57,463 bases of DNA, from the NCBI RefSeq assembly GCF_001194135.2, contig NC_069000.1:42538327-42595789 (forward strand), read 5' to 3'. The translations under genes were made by a program, and so were the position numbers. Origin of the DNA: Octopus bimaculoides (lineage: Eukaryota). Shown here piece after piece: positions 50,956 through 57,463 of the stretch. Every line of letters starts with the position of its first letter. The first letter of the stretch is position 1. Under the pieces are notes generated by a model. It worked only from the letters and a program-made list of their open reading frames with translations, was not told where the DNA came from and ran no database searches.

Positions 50956-53900
50956 ATAGATAGACAGATAGATACATATATATAGTAATACCTTTGTGTT
51001 TCTACTCCATGTGTGTACATAGGTAGATAGTGGGGGAGATGAAGATATCGAAGAGAAAGATATACACATATATTTTATATATACGCATATTTTTATATAT
51101 ATGTATGAATGTACATTATACATACATACAGACACGCACACACATACATACATACACACGTATACTTACATATATATATATAGACAATCATACATATATA
51201 TATACCTACATATATAGATACATACATGCATAGCTGTATGTATATGTAAGTTGTAATCTTTTTGAAAAATATTAAGAATGCCCACTTGTTCGACTTACTT
51301 GGTTTCGTTGCCATACTCCTCAAAAGATAATCTGTAGATTAACAGTACTTTCTGTCTGGACTGTAAACCCCTCCACGCCCCCCCCCCCTCACCAAACTGT
51401 GAAAGTCACCCTCATTAAACTGAACTCAAAATGTTGATTAGTCACGTGGAATTGTAAATATTGTTCATCTTCAGGATACAACAACAACGACGATACCGAT
51501 AATGATAACAACAAGAACGACTAAAGCCACCACCACTGGCCACGTTTGGATGGTGCTCTTTACGTGCTACCAGCACGGAGCCAGTCAGGTGGCACTGGCA
51601 ACAACCCACGAATGAATGGTGCTACTTGTGTGCCACCAGCACAGGAGCCAGTCAGGTGGCACTGGCATTGGCCACAACTACAATTCCACTTGATTTGATT
51701 TGATTTTGATTTTACTCGACTCAATAGGTCTCCTCAAGCATGGCATGTCGCCTGACAATTCAAAGGTACTTTTTAAATGGGTTGGTTATGTGACACTGAT
51801 ATAGGCTACGGCTGTGATGTCACTTTACTTGCCAGGTCTTCCCAATCACAGCATATCTCCAGAGGTCTCAGTCTTTTGCTGTCTCTACCTCTGTATATAT
51901 ATGTATATTGTGTGTGTGTATATATATGTATACATATATACATACATCATCATCATCGTTTAACATCCGTTTTCCATGCTGGCATGGGTTGGACGATTTG
52001 ACTGAGGACTGGTGAGCCAGCGGCTGCACCAGGCTCTAATTTGATCTGGCAAAGTTTCTACAGCTGGATGCCCTTCCTAATGCCAACCACTCCGAGAGTG
52101 TAGTGGGTGCTTTTATGTGCCACCGGCATAAGGGCCGGTCACGCGGTACTGGCAATGGCCATGCTCAACTGGTGTTTTTTAAAAGCCAAAGGCACGGGAG
52201 CCAGTCCAGCGGCACTGGCAATGACCTCACTCAAATGTTTTCTTTCACATGCCACCGGCACAAGTACCAGTAAGGCAACGCTGCTAACGATCACGTTCAA
52301 ATGGTGCTATTTATATATATTAGTCAAATGACTACACAAAAAATGTGTGTGTGTCTGTCTTTGTATGTCCTTCATCAGTGTTGGTTTGTTTACATCCCCA
52401 TAACATAACAATTCAGCCTAAGAGATTGATAGAATAAGTACCTGGCTTGAAGCAAAAAAAAAAAATAAAAAATAAGTGCTGGGTTTGAATCATTTAACTA
52501 AAACCATTCAAGGCAGTGCCCCAGCATGGCCACAGCCAATAAAAAGTAAAAGATAGATATGTTTTGGGCCAGTGCTGTATTTTCTGATAAGGATTTTAAA
52601 CATTTCTCAAAGATAAGCAAAATGGAAAGCATTTGTATGCAATGTCACATCTTCAGTGGAGTCAACAGATTGGACGAAATGAAGCTGTCAACCAGATTTG
52701 GTCTGTCAGCCCTACTTTATTGTTCCCTGATGTAAAAAGTAAGGCAATCTTTCACTCCCTCTATTGATAACAATGCAAATGAAACATATTTTAAATGGTT
52801 CTTATTTAAGACATTTGGTATCATCATCATCATCATAGGTAGGGGGGCTCTGAAAGGGGTCTCAGGGAGTAGTGTCCCTGCCTTGCTGACCTAGTTTTCC
52901 ACCACATTTCTTAAAAATCATGGTAGAGGCCTTGGTCTCGGGACCACTCATATCTAGAAACTGAGGTTGGGAGTAAGCAAGGGCATGCTTCCTGTAGAAA
53001 ATCCAGCTCCAAAAAAGCCTCATGATAGCAAAGGAGAATGGGCACAAACCAGCCCAAAGTTTGGTGTGGGCTGCACCTGCCTACCTTGGTTGCTATGGCA
53101 TTGTGGTAGATCCAGCCACCCCCATTAACAGGGACAAAACCCAGATTTAAAACACTGGATGATGATGATCATCATCATTTAACATCCGTTGTCCATGGGT
53201 TGGACAGTTTAACAAGGGCTGGTAAGCTGAGGGGCTCCACCAGACTCCAGTCTGATTTGGCATGATTTCTACAGCTGGATGCCCTTCCTAATACCAACCA
53301 TTCCGAGAGGGTAATGGGTGCTTTTACGTACTACCAGCATGGGTGCCAGTTGTGCGACACTAGTATCTACCACACCTATGATTTCACTTGGCTTGATGGA
53401 TATCTTCCTTTTCAAGCACAGCATATTACCAAAGGTCTCAGTCATTTGTCATTGCCTCTGTGGGGCCCAGTGCTCAGAAGGTGCTTTTTGCATGCCACCA
53501 GCATGGGTACTAGGGAGACCCAGGAAGACATGGGATGAAATAGTAAAGACCAATCTCAGGATGTTGGGCCTCATGGAGGAAATGACAACGGACCAAGATG
53601 CTTAGTCGTACAAGGTTCTTGAGAAGACCTTCCCACGTCAGTGAAACTGAGTTCTAGAAGCACTGTGTGTCCCACCCACAGGTAACATAAAAACTTCTCA
53701 CACACCCAACCCCAACAAACCAATCTTTCTTGGTCCTCTCACTTTTGATTCTGTGAACCATTCAAGATGTGACAGTTGGAAGAAGAGAGGGCTGCTCAGG
53801 CAGTCAACAGGTGTGTATTTCACCCGAGGGCACTGGAGAGCAATGTTTAAATAAAGTGTTTTGTTTCAAGACATAAATATACTGCCCAGTGTAGGAATTG

Positions 53901-54403
53901 AATCCACACCCTTATGATAAGACAATATGAGCCCAACGACATAACCACAAGCATGGGGAAGTCATGAGGAATTAACATCCAACCATCCATCTACTTTCTC
54001 TGCCAACTGTTCTTGGAAGTGGGGATGGTCACGAGGGTTGTCTTTGGGCCCTATCAAGAGCAATTGTCATTACACTTTCAAGCTGGATTTCCAAATATGA
54101 CCAACTGAGACTATGAATATCATCCAACAATATTGTTCTTGGTCTGCAGCAAGGTCTTCTGTCTTGAAGATTCTTTACTGCGACATTTTAATCCCACATT
54201 TGTAGTAATGGAGTTGTGACCTCTCAAAGCAGTGAAGTAAGAGTTTGACCTGAAGAGATTCCCTGATCTCCGAGCAACGCACTCTGTTGAGTAATGGTAC
54301 TCCAGAGATCCTTTGGGAAAAAAAACCCATTATTAAAAAAATAAGTCACTGTGGTGATTAATTACAGCTAATAAAACAACAACGAAACATTTTACTTGAA
54401 ATA

Positions 54404-54409
54404 TTTATT
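54404..54409 (-). terminator. Probable polyadenylation signal of MTERF4
   Basis: AATAAA on the minus strand about 85 nt after the stop codon. Confidence 0.5.
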
Positions 54410-54493
54410 TATCAACATTATTATAATCGTTAGCAATGTGATAATGCTCAACATCATCATCATCACCACTGTCACCATCATTATTACCATTCA

Positions 54494-55591
54494 TCATTTA
54501 TCATCATCATCATCATCGTCATCATCATCATCGTCATCATCACCATCATAATCCTTGTCATCATCGTTGTCATCTTCAATTTCTTGCTGCAGCAATTTGC
54601 AAAATGTTTGATAATCCTTTTTAGACATATTCCCAAATTTCTCAGCAAATTTTTTGTCAGACAAATCTAAAATTGTGTCGAGGCGAGGATTCAATTGTTT
54701 CTCTTCTTTATGTTTGCTTTTTTTGAAGAATCCAGTTCTGTACACCCAAAGATGTCTGGCTCTGATGTGATCCAAGGAATGATGAAAGAGATTTGAATAT
54801 CTCATCTGTGGTTGTGTGATGCCCATTTCGGCAAAAACATAATTGAATTTCTTCATAATTTTTTCCCAGTCTTCAGTGAGAATGTATGGAGACTTTCGGA
54901 TCAAGAAAATAACATCATCCATTTTAAACAGAGTCTGTAATTCCCTGGCTCTTTTCACCAACATATTTGGTTCAAAAGACACAATCGCTGGGTTATAAGT
55001 AATCATCTGCCTCAAACTGTTATCAGAGATTTTCAACGTCCGTAAACTGTTAAATACGGTACTTAAATGGTTAGGCTTCTGGCCAAGAATAAGGGGATAG
55101 TTGTGTAAAGTTTTCAACAATGGTTTGTTTTTGATACCATAATCATTCAGTGTCTGAAGAACATTTTGCCAATTTTTGACAGGAATCTTCAGCAATTCTG
55201 GGTTGTCCCCCAAGAATGCTTTTATTTCATCCAATGGCATGTTGAGACCTTCAAGTATAGAGATGTAACTACAGATGGTTCTGTCTGGAACTGAGGCAAT
55301 CATTTTATCAATGTGTGTTGCCTTTTCTTTAATACTTACGGCCAACTCAGATACATTGTAGGGGTGAGGTGCTTGGTTAACGATGTACCTTTTTGGTTGG
55401 CAGCAGACAAATGCGGGAAGAAGTGGAAGATTTGGACATGGTGGAAATAAGTTTACAGATTTACTTTTAAACAGTGGACAGTGGTGGTAAACATTTTGTT
55501 GCTTATGTAATACTTGCCTTAATGATTTTGAAAATAATAGACTGACATTTCTCCAGTCAAAGAGAGATTGTGGAAACTTGTTAGACAGCAT
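54494..55591 (-). CDS. MTERF4: Mitochondrial transcription termination factor family protein, MTERF4-like (365 aa, single coding exon)
   Basis: Long uninterrupted ORF with Leu/Pro mTERF-type repeats, a C-terminal block resembling MTERF4 (HIRARHLWVYRTG...NPRLDTIL...FCKLL) and a poly-Asp tail. The N-terminus is basic, consistent with a presequence. Confidence 0.85.
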   Translation of the reverse strand: MLSNKFPQSLFDWRNVSLLFSKSLRQVLHKQQNVYHHCPLFKSKSVNLFPPCPNLPLLPAFVCCQPKRYIVNQAPHPYNVSELAVSIKEKATHIDKMIASVPDRTICSYISILEGLNMPLDEIKAFLGDNPELLKIPVKNWQNVLQTLNDYGIKNKPLLKTLHNYPLILGQKPNHLSTVFNSLRTLKISDNSLRQMITYNPAIVSFEPNMLVKRARELQTLFKMDDVIFLIRKSPYILTEDWEKIMKKFNYVFAEMGITQPQMRYSNLFHHSLDHIRARHLWVYRTGFFKKSKHKEEKQLNPRLDTILDLSDKKFAEKFGNMSKKDYQTFCKLLQQEIEDDNDDDKDYDGDDDDDDDDDDDDDDK

Positions 55592-55638
55592 CTCCAGTCA
55601 TACCATATTCTCAAGATTGTCAAGAATTTCGTAAATAC

Positions 55639-55707
55639 CTGCAAAAGAAAAAAAAATCATTATATTTTGAAAGAGCTATACTAACAAAAGTCTATAAATA
55701 CACTCAC
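55639..55707 (-). other. Probable 69-nt 5'UTR intron of MTERF4
   Basis: CCG|GTGAGT donor at 55707 and T-rich tract ttttgcag acceptor ending at 55639, 47 nt before the ATG. Confidence 0.6.
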
Positions 55708-56116
55708 CGGTTGCTTTTTGCTTACATTTTTTTCCTCTAAAAACACTTGTTATTCATCTATATTTTCTCCAAAATATTTTTCATTAGACATACTATAGCT
55801 GAGGGTTAACCAATATCTTGTGAGCGAAATCAGTACAAGGAAAGAGAGTGACCTCGATGAGCCACACATCTTGCTACAGTGCCTTCTGAGCCACTGACCA
55901 TATTGGCTTCTTCTGTCTCAAGTGCCATTCCAGTTTTCATGCATTTGCTGGTATTCTCGACTTTGTTTTGCTCACTAACTGAAATGAAGTATCATGGTGT
56001 GGCCATCGTTGTGCTCTACAGACTCCTGGGACCCATATGTGAGAGTTGTCCACATCCGAATATGTGCAGTTGACAGGTCAACAAACATACTACTAATGTA
56101 CACACTACATTAAACA

Positions 56117-56153
<37 letters not shown>

Positions 56154-57463
56154 TATGTATATATATATCATCATCATCCAGTGTTTTAAATCTGGGTTTT
56201 GTCCCCGTTAAAAAGGTATGCCTAGATCTACCTCAATGCCATAGCTACGAAGGTAGGCAGGTGCAGCCCACCCCAAACTTTGGGCTGGTTGGTGCCCATT
56301 CTCCTTTGCTACCACGAGGCTTTTTGGGGATTCAGGTGCTGTGTATGTGTGTGTGTGAGACAATTCTTCAGGTGGCCATGCTAGTATCACAATTCTTAAT
56401 GTGATCCAAAAGAGAAGCTTGTTACAAAGTTAAAGAGATTGCGGTAAGTGTTTGTGTTATGAAAGCATTGAGGTTTTGGTCGTGAAATGATGATGGTGAT
56501 AAAAACGGTTTCAAATTTTGGCCCAAGGTCAGCAATTTTGTGGAGACGGGGCAAGTCAATTACATCGACCCCCAGTATTCAAGTCATTCTTATTTTATCG
56601 ACACCGAAAGGATGAAAGCTAAAGTCGACCGCCGGCAGAATATAGGCATTCGGGGGTGCTAGAAATAACAGCCAAACATTTTAAAAATGATACTGTAATG
56701 TCTTGAAATGTTGAAAAAAAAAAAAAAATGAAAGAAAGACACACGTTAGTTAAAGAAATCCTCGATACACCCACAGGAAAAAAAAAAAAAAAAAGGACCT
56801 TAATGCTTGAAATTTTCGTATGACTAGGTTTGCCCGGAATTAAGCATTAACTATAACACTGAATAATTTTTTCAGTGCCTGCTTCTTCAGTTTTACACTG
56901 CAAGAAAAATAACGTTTGTTATTTCTTATAAACTAGAGGTCAAGTGATCATTACCAAAAATAAACAGCATTTATTTAGTCTTTTAAATTCCTACGCTATA
57001 AATTCAAGATGACTTAAGGGAGTTTTATTGGCAAGGTCAAGATAAGGGGTCTAATATGAGAAATAAAAAAAAAACATACCGCATTTCACGGCATCGCGGA
57101 TACTCTTTAAAGACAAAAATATATCTCGATGATTTACTGAGAGTTCTAGGGGTCCAACTTTAAGCTGATTGGGGATTATCATGTAACTTAGTGTCTCCGT
57201 CATGCATGACGGAGACACTAAGTTAAGGGTATACATGTCTGTGGAGTGTTCAGCCACCTACACATTAAGAAAAGATGTAGACTATAATTGACTTTAACAA
57301 AATCTATATCATCGAGATGTCACTAAACCATTTTGGTAAAGAATGTGAAAGTGTTGGGACCTTACTGCTTTTTTTTTAGTTCAAAATGTTCAAGTCAAAA
57401 TCGGGGTCCATCTTCGAGGTCGAAGCATCCTTCACGGCAGGGTAACCGGAAAAAAACCTTCCC

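Noticed and set aside
3464-55591. Functional gene cluster PCBD-NIT2-MTERF4
   Set aside because: The pathways are unrelated (BH4 recycling, omega-amidase, mitoribosome assembly), the orientation is mixed and the spacing is large. Nothing beyond ordinary synteny.

Overview
Eukaryotic (animal) genomic DNA from a gapped draft assembly. It is AT-rich and dense in microsatellites and SINEs, and the repeat families look octopod, so Octopus-like is my inference. Three spliced genes can be reconstructed by hand with GT-AG junctions and consistent phases. (1) PCBD (pterin-4-alpha-carbinolamine dehydratase/DCoH) on +, core exons 27851-29630, with two candidate first exons. The distal one (3464-3592) encodes a 43-aa Arg-rich, acid-free, mitochondrial-presequence-like peptide. 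The proximal one supplies only the ATG (24120-24122). (2) NIT2 (omega-amidase) on -, 9 coding exons, 49604-36152, 275 aa, intact Glu-Lys-Cys triad. (3) MTERF4 on -, one coding exon, 55591-54494, 365 aa. The rest is SINEs (some in head-to-tail arrays), LINE fragments (RTE, L1/Tx1-like), Tc1/mariner and hAT remnants, MITEs, long foldbacks and simple repeats. The two most notable observations are the probable dual-targeted PCBD gene and a set of minimal hammerhead-ribozyme motifs with palindromic stem III in Penelope-like or foldback repeats (50691-50738, 31412-31451, 15466-15502, 46626-46679). Most ORFs in the supplied track are microsatellite or N-gap artefacts.
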